A stretch of DNA of 64,000 bases. Source: Escherichia coli. GTDB taxonomy: Bacteria; Pseudomonadota; Gammaproteobacteria; Enterobacterales; Enterobacteriaceae. A program made the position numbers and the translations under genes. Positions 10,910 to 21,577 of the stretch are shown in pieces (the stretch's first letter is position 1; each line of letters starts with the position of its first letter). The notes beneath the pieces are model-generated. The model made no database searches. It saw only the letters and a list, made by a program, of their open reading frames with translations, and was not told the origin of the DNA. The stretch lies in assembly GCF_013122565.1 (NCBI RefSeq), contig NZ_CP053258.1. One strand, given 5' to 3'.

Positions 10910-11558
10910 CGTTCCTGATTAGACCATCTTCCAGTCGCACCACACGAGAGAAATGACGCCGGGTAAATGCGGCGTCATGACTGATTGCTACGACGCTCGT
11001 GCCTCGCTGGCGGCACTTCTCCAGCCAGCTTTCAAACACGCTCAACCAATTTTCGTCAAAATCCCGACTCGGCTCGTCCAGCAGCAATAGTGGCGGAGAG
11101 AGTGCTTCCAGGCAGGCGACGGCGACCATCCGTCGCTGCGCACTATGCAGATCCAACGGGTGCGCGCTGGCAGTGTCTGCTAACTGACAGCATTGCAGGG
11201 CAGCATGGGTACGTTGAGTGATTTCATCCGCCGGGCATTTTTGCAGTTTCAAACCAAATGCGATCTCGTCAGCGACGGTGCTGTGAAAAAGTTGGTTTTC
11301 CGCTTCCTGAAACAGTACGCCAACCTTTGCCGCGCGCTGGCGGTTTTTCAGGTTTTTCACCGCCTGTTGTTGCAGCATAACCGTACCGGCTGTGGGCGTA
11401 AGAAGACCTGCCATTACTCGTAACAGCGTCGATTTCCCTGCGCCATTGTCGCCGGTCAGCGCCAACCATTCACCTTGTTTGAGTTGCAGAGAAATGTCGC
11501 AAAGACAATCCGTTGCCGCGTCAGGCCAGCGATAAGTTATCTGATTTAACGTTAACAT
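10881..11558 (-). CDS. ABC-type ATPase, ECF transporter A' component
   Basis: Walker A GDNGAGKST, LLLLDEP Walker B; start taken at MLTLNQITY (225 aa); 3' end overlaps yggC 3' end by 29 nt. Confidence 0.75.
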   Translation of the reverse strand: MLTLNQITYRWPDAATDCLCDISLQLKQGEWLALTGDNGAGKSTLLRVMAGLLTPTAGTVMLQQQAVKNLKNRQRAAKVGVLFQEAENQLFHSTVADEIAFGLKLQKCPADEITQRTHAALQCCQLADTASAHPLDLHSAQRRMVAVACLEALSPPLLLLDEPSRDFDENWLSVFESWLEKCRQRGTSVVAISHDAAFTRRHFSRVVRLEDGLIRNVNPPDDIHP

Positions 11559-12229
11559 AGTGGCTGGAGCGCTCCGTTTTGCAATTGCCACGCTTGCTGG
11601 CAGTAGTTCAGGAAAGGTGTGCGATGACGTTCAAAAAGAATAATCAGCGAACCACGTTCAAGCGCCCAGTGTTGTAAGCGCTGCAACAGCATTTCGCTGG
11701 CCTGCGGCGTCAGGCGGCTAAAGGCTTCATCAAGAATTAATAGCTTTGGCTGCATCGCGATAGCGCAGGCGATGACCACGCGCTGTGTCTCTCCACCGGA
11801 GAGTGTTGCCGGGTGACGATGGCGCAACGGCTGGCACTCGGTCAGAGTCAGGGCGGCATCAATCCGCGCCATAATCTCTGCTTCAGCAAGACACAGATTT
11901 TCTGGCCCAAAGGCAACTTCTTCTTCCACGCTAAAGGTACAGCCGGATAGCTGCAAATAGGGCGATTGCTGGACGAGCTGGATGGTGGCGGATTGTTCAT
12001 TAAGCGGGAGATGCCCAATGGGCGTACCGAGGAGCGTCCCCGTGCCTGTTATATCTCCTGGCAGAAAGTCCGGATACCAGCCCGCCATCAGTTGCGCCAG
12101 CGTACTTTTGCCACTGCCGTTGTCACCAAAGATGGCGACCATCCCCGGTTTGACATAGTGAAAGTCATAACAGAACGGAGGATTTGTTGAGTGTGTCGGG
12201 CAATAGCGAAACTGTTCTAACGTAACCAT
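11552..12229 (-). CDS. ABC-type ATPase, ECF transporter A component
   Basis: 225 aa; Walker A GDNGSGKST, signature LSGGETQR, Walker B LLILDEA. Confidence 0.8.
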   Translation of the reverse strand: MVTLEQFRYCPTHSTNPPFCYDFHYVKPGMVAIFGDNGSGKSTLAQLMAGWYPDFLPGDITGTGTLLGTPIGHLPLNEQSATIQLVQQSPYLQLSGCTFSVEEEVAFGPENLCLAEAEIMARIDAALTLTECQPLRHRHPATLSGGETQRVVIACAIAMQPKLLILDEAFSRLTPQASEMLLQRLQHWALERGSLIILFERHRTPFLNYCQQAWQLQNGALQPLC

Positions 12230-12924
12230 ATCCAGGCTCCGAATTCAGCCAGCATCAGCAAGATCATGGTATAACGCGCTACGCGTTGTAGGGTGCTATC
12301 GGCTGGTGCCCACAACGTTGTTCGTCGGTTGTGGATCCGAAATGCCCGCATATCCAGCGCCGCACCGCGGACAGCCAGATCGTTAAGCGCATTGTGTGTT
12401 AGCGGAATAATTAATGCGGGCATCGCGCGTAAACGCTGATACCAGCCTTCATCAAGCGGCACGCCGCGGGCGCGCTGCGCTTCATGGATAATCGCTAATT
12501 GCCGTTTTAATTGCTCAACGACCAATAACGGCCCGGCAAACAGATAAGCGACGCCTGGCGGTAGACGAGAAGCAAACAAAGCGCGGATAAAACATTGCAC
12601 GGGGACGTACTGCATCCACAACTGTGAGGTTGAAACGATAGCCATAATGCGCAACCAGAGTGTAATGGCATACGTCCACCGTTCAGGCGAGCGTGGCGTG
12701 CCGCTAAGCCATTCTGTCAGCCAGCCACCGTGCACCAGCCACAGCCCGGCTCCCAGCGAGAACATCAGCCAGGCGACATATTTTGCCCGCCGCCGCGTGG
12801 CCTTAAGCGCGATAAGGCAGAAAAAGGTCGCCGCGCTATAGACCGGCAAAAGGGTCTGCGCGGGCAGAATAAGCGTGGTGCAGGCCGCCAGCGCCCACAG
12901 CGTTAAGGATGTAAACGGATGCAT
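12217..12924 (-). CDS. ECF transporter transmembrane T component (CbiQ/EcfT family)
   Basis: 235 aa polytopic; conserved ...EAQRARG... coupling motif; ATG directly abuts upstream stop. Confidence 0.75.
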   Translation of the reverse strand: MHPFTSLTLWALAACTTLILPAQTLLPVYSAATFFCLIALKATRRRAKYVAWLMFSLGAGLWLVHGGWLTEWLSGTPRSPERWTYAITLWLRIMAIVSTSQLWMQYVPVQCFIRALFASRLPPGVAYLFAGPLLVVEQLKRQLAIIHEAQRARGVPLDEGWYQRLRAMPALIIPLTHNALNDLAVRGAALDMRAFRIHNRRTTLWAPADSTLQRVARYTMILLMLAEFGAWIWLR

Positions 12925-13503
12925 TTAGCGCACGGCAGCCATTGCCGGAAAATGGCGCGTGGTGCGAATCGGTAGCTGTCGCAGTAAAAGCCAGACAATC
13001 ACCGCTGTAAGAATTTTATCGACCAGGTTTGCGCCTATCACCGTAATCGCCACCGACTCCAACAGGTTTTGCCCCATCGAGTGCATCCAGGCAACGAACA
13101 AATCGGCTCCGCTACCGGTGACACCGCCGAACAGCGCAGTACGCAGCGGTACAGCGACGACCGTTACCGCAAGCGTAATAATCACGCCGCTGACAACGAC
13201 TTTTGGCAGGGTGCGGAACCAACCCGCTCGCGCCAGCCAACCAGCGACCAGGCCTATGACCATCGCGACGGGCGTAAATGCGGCGGCGATCGGGTCGGTC
13301 AGCAATCCCCAAAGTAAATTGGTCAGTAAGCCGGTCAGCATCCCGATCACCGGACCAAGCAGTACCGCGCTAATAAGTGTGCCGATGGAATCGAGAAATA
13401 TAGGTAATTTGACCATGCTGGCCAGTTGCCCGCCGATCATATTGATGGCGATAGATATAACGATTAACACCAGCGCCTGACTGGAAAAGTGGCGACGCGC
13501 CAT
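12925..13503 (-). CDS. small polytopic membrane protein, putative ECF substrate-capture (S) component
   Basis: start chosen at MARRHFSS (192 aa) with RBS gagagg; hydrophobic Gly-rich helices; position in operon. Confidence 0.55.
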   Translation of the reverse strand: MARRHFSSQALVLIVISIAINMIGGQLASMVKLPIFLDSIGTLISAVLLGPVIGMLTGLLTNLLWGLLTDPIAAAFTPVAMVIGLVAGWLARAGWFRTLPKVVVSGVIITLAVTVVAVPLRTALFGGVTGSGADLFVAWMHSMGQNLLESVAITVIGANLVDKILTAVIVWLLLRQLPIRTTRHFPAMAAVR

Positions 13504-13525
13504 ATGAAAACCTCTCTGAAAATAG

Positions 13526-13957
13526 TTATTTAACGGGGGAAATATGCAACTCGTCGTAACCAGAAAGCGCGCAAGGCTGGCGGCTAAACGCCAGTTCCTC
13601 AAGGCAGCCGATCACCAGTTCAAGCGTGGTCCGCACGGTACAGCCGGGCATCATATGACCGCCAAGCATCGTGCCGTGTGGATCGGAAACGCAGAGATGA
13701 AGATGTTCACCACTCTGTTCCAGCGTGCCGTTCAATGCGATGACTTCGAACTTACCGCTTAGTAGGGCCGTGTTTTCTTGCCCGGCATAGCGTAAGGCGA
13801 CGTCAGTCAGACTGCCGGTACAACCTGCAATCCACGCGGCGTGGAGTTGTTGTTGCTGCGCGAAGGCGCGCAATAGGGAGAGAACTTCCTGCCCGGGGAG
13901 CAGGCGCAGCGCGTAAAAGCGTGCGGAGGAAGAATATAGGTAGGGCAATGCCATCAT
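13526..13957 (-). CDS. PCC/DUF296-like protein, first gene of the ECF operon
   Basis: 143 aa; N-terminal ...ARFYALRLLPGQEVLSLL... pattern typical of PPC/DUF296 by recall. Confidence 0.5.
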   Translation of the reverse strand: MMALPYLYSSSARFYALRLLPGQEVLSLLRAFAQQQQLHAAWIAGCTGSLTDVALRYAGQENTALLSGKFEVIALNGTLEQSGEHLHLCVSDPHGTMLGGHMMPGCTVRTTLELVIGCLEELAFSRQPCALSGYDELHISPVK

Positions 13958-14191
13958 TGGAGTACTCCGAAACTCGGACGTATTGCGGATAATATCGACG
14001 CTGCATCAGTCATATTCTGATATAAGTCAGGGTTTGTGACGGCACAACGAAAAGATTTTGCTACGCTTATTCGTGATTCTGCAAAGTGGAATAAATTCCA
14101 CAGGGGCGGGGCTGAAAACGTGACGTAAGTCAGATAATTGTCTTCTTTGACTGGACAATCATTCCTTTTATTCCATGTTTCGCTTATCCTA

Positions 14192-14208
14192 GCTGAAGCG
14201 TTTCAGTC
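14192..14208. promoter_or_regulatory. Cra (FruR)-type operator in the epd promoter region
   Basis: gctgaagcgtttcagtc, a near-palindrome matching the Cra half-sites TGAA-N-CGTTTCA, about 120 bp upstream of epd ATG. Confidence 0.45.
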
Positions 14209-14328
14209 GATTAAATGTTCGACAATTAACCAATCAGTCGCAGTTTGCGACAGGTAAGGTTTCCCCGGACGATTTGCTGGATTACTCTGTCTGGCAAATT
14301 TGCTCAGGGAAAACCTTGCAGGAGATCT

Positions 14329-15348
14329 ATGACCGTACGCGTAGCGATAAATGGCTTCGGTCGCATCGGGCGTAATGTGGTTCGTGCTTTGTATGAATCC
14401 GGACGCCGGGCGGAAATTACCGTGGTGGCAATCAACGAACTGGCGGATGCTGCGGGCATGGCGCATTTGTTGAAATATGACACCAGCCATGGCCGTTTTG
14501 CATGGGAAGTACGACAGGAACGCGATCAGCTTTTTGTTGGTGATGACGCCATCCGCGTATTGCATGAACGTTCACTGCAATCGCTCCCCTGGCGTGAACT
14601 TGGCGTTGATGTAGTCCTCGACTGCACCGGCGTATATGGCTCCCGCGAGCATGGCGAAGCGCATATTGCCGCCGGGGCCAAAAAAGTGCTCTTTTCACAT
14701 CCTGGCAGTAACGATCTCGACGCGACCGTTGTTTACGGCGTCAATCAGGATCAACTTCGTGCGGAACACCGCATCGTTTCTAACGCTTCCTGTACCACGA
14801 ATTGCATAATTCCCGTCATCAAATTGTTAGATGATGCGTACGGTATTGAGTCCGGCACTGTGACCACAATTCACTCCGCCATGCACGATCAACAGGTTAT
14901 TGATGCATACCATCCTGACCTGCGTCGCACCCGGGCAGCCAGCCAGTCGATCATTCCGGTCGATACTAAACTGGCCGCCGGTATCACACGATTTTTTCCG
15001 CAATTTAACGATCGCTTTGAAGCGATTGCGGTACGTGTGCCAACCATAAATGTGACGGCAATCGATTTAAGCGTGACGGTGAAGAAACCTGTAAAAGCCA
15101 ATGAAGTCAACCTGTTGCTGCAAAAAGCAGCACAAGGTGCATTTCATGGTATAGTTGACTATACGGAATTGCCGTTGGTCTCTGTAGATTTTAACCACGA
15201 TCCGCACAGTGCCATTGTCGATGGCACCCAAACCCGGGTCAGTGGCGCACACCTGATCAAAACGTTGGTCTGGTGCGATAACGAATGGGGCTTTGCTAAC
15301 CGAATGCTCGACACGACGTTAGCTATGGCTACTGTTGCTTTCAGGTAA
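14329..15348 (+). CDS. epd: erythrose-4-phosphate dehydrogenase
   Basis: 339 aa from [15 protein letters not shown]. Confidence 0.95.
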
Positions 15349-15397
15349 GACGCAAGCAGCGTCTGCAAAACTTTTAGAATCAACGAGAGGATTCACC

Positions 15398-16561
15398 ATG
15401 TCTGTAATTAAGATGACCGATCTGGATCTTGCTGGGAAACGTGTATTTATCCGTGCGGATCTGAACGTACCAGTAAAAGACGGGAAAGTAACCAGCGACG
15501 CGCGTATCCGTGCTTCTCTGCCGACCATCGAACTGGCCCTGAAACAAGGCGCAAAAGTGATGGTAACTTCCCACCTGGGTCGTCCTACCGAAGGCGAGTA
15601 CAACGAAGAATTCTCTCTGCTGCCGGTTGTTAACTACCTGAAAGACAAACTGTCTAACCCGGTTCGTCTGGTTAAAGATTACCTCGACGGCGTTGACGTT
15701 GCTGAAGGTGAACTGGTTGTTCTGGAAAACGTTCGCTTCAACAAAGGCGAGAAGAAAGACGACGAAACCCTGTCCAAAAAATACGCTGCACTGTGTGACG
15801 TGTTCGTAATGGACGCATTCGGTACTGCTCACCGCGCGCAGGCTTCTACTCACGGTATCGGTAAATTCGCTGACGTTGCGTGCGCAGGCCCGCTGCTGGC
15901 AGCTGAACTGGACGCGCTGGGTAAAGCACTGAAAGAACCTGCTCGCCCGATGGTGGCTATCGTTGGTGGTTCTAAAGTATCTACCAAACTGACCGTTCTG
16001 GACTCCCTGTCTAAAATCGCTGACCAGCTGATTGTTGGTGGTGGTATCGCTAACACCTTTATCGCGGCACAAGGCCACGATGTGGGTAAATCCCTGTACG
16101 AAGCTGACCTGGTTGACGAAGCAAAACGTCTGCTGACCACCTGCAACATCCCGGTTCCGTCTGATGTTCGCGTAGCAACCGAGTTCTCTGAAACCGCTCC
16201 GGCTACCCTGAAATCTGTTAACGATGTGAAAGCTGACGAGCAGATCCTGGATATCGGTGATGCTTCCGCTCAGGAACTGGCTGAAATCCTGAAGAATGCG
16301 AAAACCATTCTGTGGAACGGTCCGGTTGGCGTGTTCGAATTCCCGAACTTCCGCAAAGGTACTGAAATCGTGGCTAACGCTATCGCAGACAGCGAAGCGT
16401 TCTCCATCGCTGGCGGCGGCGACACTCTGGCAGCAATCGACCTGTTCGGCATTGCTGACAAAATCTCCTACATCTCCACTGGCGGCGGCGCATTCCTCGA
16501 ATTCGTGGAAGGTAAAGTACTGCCTGCAGTAGCGATGCTCGAAGAGCGCGCTAAGAAGTAA
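15398..16561 (+). CDS. pgk: phosphoglycerate kinase
   Basis: 387 aa from [15 protein letters not shown]. Confidence 0.95.
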
Positions 16562-16611
16562 AAAATCACAGGGCAGGGAAACCTGCCCTTGTTTCAGCGC
16601 GCTTTTAGAGC

Positions 16612-16750
16612 ACGCATTTTTTCATACTCTAAATAATTCGAGTTGCAGGAAGGCGACAAGAGAGTGAATCCCCAGGAGCTTACATAAGTAAGTGACCGGG
16701 GTGAGCGAACGCAGACGCAGCACATGCAACTTGAAGTATGACGAGTATAA
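16612..16750. repeat. ERIC/IRU element
   Basis: contains gagtgaatccccaggagcttacataagtaagtgaccggggtgagcg; inverted copy at 31477-31609. Confidence 0.8.
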
Positions 16751-16775
16751 GGCCCGACGATACAGGACAAGAGAC

Positions 16776-17855
16776 ATGTCTAAGATTTTTGATTTCGTAA
16801 AACCTGGCGTAATCACTGGTGATGACGTACAGAAAGTTTTCCAGGTAGCAAAAGAAAACAACTTCGCACTGCCAGCAGTAAACTGCGTCGGTACTGACTC
16901 CATCAACGCCGTACTGGAAACCGCTGCTAAAGTTAAAGCGCCGGTTATCGTTCAGTTCTCCAACGGTGGTGCTTCTTTTATCGCTGGTAAAGGCGTGAAA
17001 TCTGACGTTCCGCAGGGTGCTGCTATCCTGGGGGCGATCTCTGGTGCGCATCACGTTCACCAGATGGCTGAACATTATGGTGTTCCGGTTATCCTGCATA
17101 CCGACCACTGCGCGAAGAAACTGCTGCCGTGGATCGACGGTCTGCTGGACGCGGGTGAGAAACACTTCGCTGCTACCGGTAAGCCGCTGTTCTCTTCTCA
17201 CATGATCGACCTGTCTGAAGAATCTCTGCAAGAGAACATCGAAATCTGCTCTAAATACCTGGAGCGCATGTCCAAAATCGGCATGACTCTGGAAATCGAA
17301 CTGGGTTGTACCGGTGGTGAAGAAGACGGCGTGGACAACAGCCACATGGACGCTTCTGCACTGTACACCCAGCCGGAAGACGTTGATTACGCATACACCG
17401 AGCTGAGCAAAATCAGCCCGCGTTTCACCATCGCTGCGTCCTTCGGTAACGTACACGGTGTTTACAAGCCGGGTAACGTGGTTCTGACTCCGACCATCCT
17501 GCGTGATTCTCAGGAATATGTTTCTAAGAAACACAACCTGCCGCACAACAGCCTGAACTTCGTATTCCACGGTGGTTCCGGTTCTACTGCTCAGGAAATC
17601 AAAGACTCCGTAAGCTACGGCGTAGTGAAAATGAACATCGATACCGATACCCAATGGGCAACCTGGGAAGGCGTTCTGAACTACTACAAAGCGAACGAAG
17701 CTTATCTGCAGGGTCAGCTGGGTAACCCGAAAGGCGAAGATCAGCCGAACAAGAAATACTACGATCCGCGCGTATGGCTGCGTGCCGGTCAGACTTCGAT
17801 GATCGCTCGTCTGGAAAAAGCATTCCAGGAACTGAACGCGATCGACGTTCTGTAA
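16776..17855 (+). CDS. fbaA: fructose-bisphosphate aldolase class II
   Basis: 359 aa from MSKIFDFVKPG. Confidence 0.95.
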   Translation: MSKIFDFVKPGVITGDDVQKVFQVAKENNFALPAVNCVGTDSINAVLETAAKVKAPVIVQFSNGGASFIAGKGVKSDVPQGAAILGAISGAHHVHQMAEHYGVPVILHTDHCAKKLLPWIDGLLDAGEKHFAATGKPLFSSHMIDLSEESLQENIEICSKYLERMSKIGMTLEIELGCTGGEEDGVDNSHMDASALYTQPEDVDYAYTELSKISPRFTIAASFGNVHGVYKPGNVVLTPTILRDSQEYVSKKHNLPHNSLNFVFHGGSGSTAQEIKDSVSYGVVKMNIDTDTQWATWEGVLNYYKANEAYLQGQLGNPKGEDQPNKKYYDPRVWLRAGQTSMIARLEKAFQELNAIDVL

Positions 17856-17877
17856 GTCATTCCTTTCTGCTTATCTC

Positions 17878-17905
17878 AAGGCCCGCTCTGCGGGTCTTTT
17901 TTTCG
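17878..17905 (+). terminator. fbaA intrinsic terminator
   Basis: gcccgctctgcgggtc followed by ttttttt. Confidence 0.6.
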
Positions 17906-18045
17906 CCAAAAGCAAGGTGATACAGATGAGAAATCTGTGATCTATTTGGCAAAATTATGCTTTATTGTTTACCCTTGTCAGACTGCCCGTCATAAGGCGG
18001 CGGAGTGTATTTCTCCATTTTGAGTCAGTTGAAAAGGAATATTGA

Positions 18046-18906
<861 letters not shown>

Positions 18907-19044
18907 TCAACGCTGAGGCCAGATAATACTCTCTGGCCTCTCTCTTATTAGTTTTTCTGATTGCCAATTAATATTATCAATTTCCGCTAATAACAATCCC
19001 GCGATATAGTCTCTGCATCAGATACTTAATTCGGAATATCCAAC

Positions 19045-19680
19045 GTGTTTTCTTATTACTTTCAAGGTCTTGCTCTTGGGGCAGCTATGATTCTGCCGCT
19101 CGGCCCACAAAATGCTTTTGTGATGAATCAGGGCATTCGTCGTCAGTACCACATTATGATTGCCTTACTTTGCGCTATCAGCGATTTGGTCCTGATTTGC
19201 GCGGGGATTTTTGGTGGCAGCGCGTTATTGATGCAGTCACCGTGGTTGCTGGCGCTGGTCACCTGGGGCGGCGTAGCCTTCTTACTCTGGTATGGTTTTG
19301 GCGCTTTTAAAACAGCAATGAGCAGTAATATTGAGTTAGCCAGTGCCGAAGTCCTTAAGCAAGGCAGATGGAAAATTATCGCCACCATGCTGGCAGTGAC
19401 CTGGCTGAATCCGCATGTTTACCTGGATACTTTTGTTGTACTGGGCAGCCTCGGCGGGCAACTTGATGTGGAACCAAAACGTTGGTTTGCGCTCGGGACA
19501 ATTAGCGCCTCTTTCTTGTGGTTCTTTGGTCTGGCTATTCTCGCAGCCTGGCTGGCACCGCGTCTGCGCACGGCAAAAGCACAGCGCATTATCAATCTGG
19601 TAGTGGGATGTGTGATGTGGTTTATTGCCTTGCAGCTGGCGAGAGACGGTATTGCTCATGCACAAGCCTTGTTCAGTTAG
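19045..19680 (+). CDS. argO: arginine exporter
   Basis: 211 aa LysE-family; GTG start. Confidence 0.9.
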   Translation: MFSYYFQGLALGAAMILPLGPQNAFVMNQGIRRQYHIMIALLCAISDLVLICAGIFGGSALLMQSPWLLALVTWGGVAFLLWYGFGAFKTAMSSNIELASAEVLKQGRWKIIATMLAVTWLNPHVYLDTFVVLGSLGGQLDVEPKRWFALGTISASFLWFFGLAILAAWLAPRLRTAKAQRIINLVVGCVMWFIALQLARDGIAHAQALFS

Positions 19681-19772
19681 GCGCTATCTGATGGAAAAAT
19701 AAAACAGAGGCGCTAAGCTTGCCTCCAGAGGTCCTGAATTTTAGGCAAGTCAAATAACACGGAGAGACTAAC

Positions 19773-20513
19773 GTGAAGTTCAAAGTTATCGCCCTGGCGG
19801 CATTAATGGGTATTAGCGGGATGGCAGCGCAGGCTAACGAATTGCCGGATGGACCGCATATTGTCACCTCCGGTACGGCAAGCGTGGATGCGGTGCCAGA
19901 CATTGCCACTCTTGCGATTGAAGTCAACGTGGCCGCGAAGGATGCCGCTACTGCCAAGAAACAGGCAGATGAGCGCGTCGCACAATACATTTCCTTCCTT
20001 GAACTCAATCAGATCGCGAAAAAAGATATCAGCTCAGCGAACTTACGCACCCAGCCAGATTATGATTATCAGGATGGTAAAAGTATCCTGAAAGGCTACC
20101 GTGCTGTGAGAACGGTGGAAGTCACGCTCCGTCAGTTAGACAAACTGAATTCCTTGCTGGATGGCGCGCTGAAGGCGGGTCTTAACGAAATTCGTTCTGT
20201 GTCGCTGGGCGTGGCGCAGCCGGATGCCTATAAAGATAAAGCGCGTAAGGCAGCGATTGATAACGCGATTCATCAGGCGCAGGAACTGGCGAACGGCTTT
20301 CATCGCAAACTGGGGCCGGTATATAGCGTGCGCTACCATGTTTCCAACTATCAGCCCAGCCCAATGGTGCGGATGATGAAAGCCGATGCCGCGCCGGTCT
20401 CAGCCCAGGAAACTTACGAGCAGGCCGCTATTCAGTTTGATGATCAGGTCGATGTGGTCTTCCAGTTAGAACCTGTGGATCAACAACCCGCTAAAACACC
20501 TGCCGCACAATAA
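19773..20513 (+). CDS. yggE: DUF541 periplasmic/oxidative-stress protein
   Basis: 246 aa with signal peptide; GTG start. Confidence 0.9.
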   Translation: MKFKVIALAALMGISGMAAQANELPDGPHIVTSGTASVDAVPDIATLAIEVNVAAKDAATAKKQADERVAQYISFLELNQIAKKDISSANLRTQPDYDYQDGKSILKGYRAVRTVEVTLRQLDKLNSLLDGALKAGLNEIRSVSLGVAQPDAYKDKARKAAIDNAIHQAQELANGFHRKLGPVYSVRYHVSNYQPSPMVRMMKADAAPVSAQETYEQAAIQFDDQVDVVFQLEPVDQQPAKTPAAQ

Positions 20514-20520
20514 TACTTGT

Positions 20521-20553
20521 AGCCCGACGTATTTGTCGGGCTAATGCTTTTAC
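20521..20553 (+). terminator. yggE intrinsic terminator
   Basis: tagcccgac gtattt gtcgggcta followed by atgctttt. Confidence 0.55.
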
Positions 20554-20680
20554 CCGATATTGCCTCCTTTTTCTGTAATTTTCTGTAAAACCATGACGTA
20601 ATCACCTATCTTTGCCCGCAATTTCATCAAGGATAGGCTGACTGAAACGGTTAAGCGGACAAGGATGCGGGGGAGGGAGT

Positions 20681-21577
20681 ATGGACATTTTTATTTCGAA
20701 AAAGATGCGCAATTTCATTTTATTAGCGCAAACCAATAATATTGCCCGGGCGGCAGAAAAAATCCATATGACGGCTTCGCCATTTGGCAAAAGCATTGCT
20801 GCGCTGGAAGAACAAATTGGCTATACGCTATTTACCCGCAAAGATAATAATATCAGCCTCAATAAAGCCGGACAGGAACTGTATCAAAAGCTGTTCCCGG
20901 TTTATCAACGACTTTCTGCGATTGATAATGAAATACATAACTCAGGACGTCGTTCACGAGAAATTGTGATAGGCATAGATAATACTTATCCGACAATTAT
21001 TTTCGATCAGTTGATTAGTCTCGGGGATAAGTATGAAGGCGTGACCGCCCAGCCAGTTGAGTTCAGCGAAAACGGCGTTATCGATAATCTTTTTGACCGT
21101 CAGTTAGATTTTATTATCTCCCCACAGCATGTATCTGCACGAGTTCAGGAACTGGAAAACCTGACTATCAGTGAATTACCACCGCTGCGATTGGGCTTTC
21201 TCGTTTCTCGCCGTTATGAAGAGCGTCAAGAGCAAGAGCTGCTTCAGGAGCTGCCCTGGCTACAAATGCGCTTTCAGAACCGGGCCAACTTCGAAGCAAT
21301 GATTGATGCGAATATGCGACCTTGTGGGATCAATCCAACCATTATTTATCGTCCCTACAGTTTTATGGCCAAAATCAGCGCCGTGGAGCGCGGACATTTT
21401 CTGACGGTGATCCCGCATTTTGCCTGGCGACTGGTGAATCCGGCAACGCTGAAATATTTTGATGCACCGCACAGGCCGATGTATATGCAGGAATATCTTT
21501 ATTCAATCAGAAATCATCGTTATACCGCCACGATGCTTCAGCATATTGCTGAAGATCGTGACGGGACGAGTCATTAA
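20681..21577 (+). CDS. ygfI: LysR-family transcriptional regulator
   Basis: 298 aa, N-terminal HTH. Confidence 0.85.
   Translation: MDIFISKKMRNFILLAQTNNIARAAEKIHMTASPFGKSIAALEEQIGYTLFTRKDNNISLNKAGQELYQKLFPVYQRLSAIDNEIHNSGRRSREIVIGIDNTYPTIIFDQLISLGDKYEGVTAQPVEFSENGVIDNLFDRQLDFIISPQHVSARVQELENLTISELPPLRLGFLVSRRYEERQEQELLQELPWLQMRFQNRANFEAMIDANMRPCGINPTIIYRPYSFMAKISAVERGHFLTVIPHFAWRLVNPATLKYFDAPHRPMYMQEYLYSIRNHRYTATMLQHIAEDRDGTSH

Noticed and set aside
13958-14328. Possible riboswitch (THI-box, B12, FMN) in the leader of the ECF operon
   Set aside because: I looked for conserved riboswitch core motifs on the minus strand and found none; the region is better explained as divergent promoters including the Cra site for epd.
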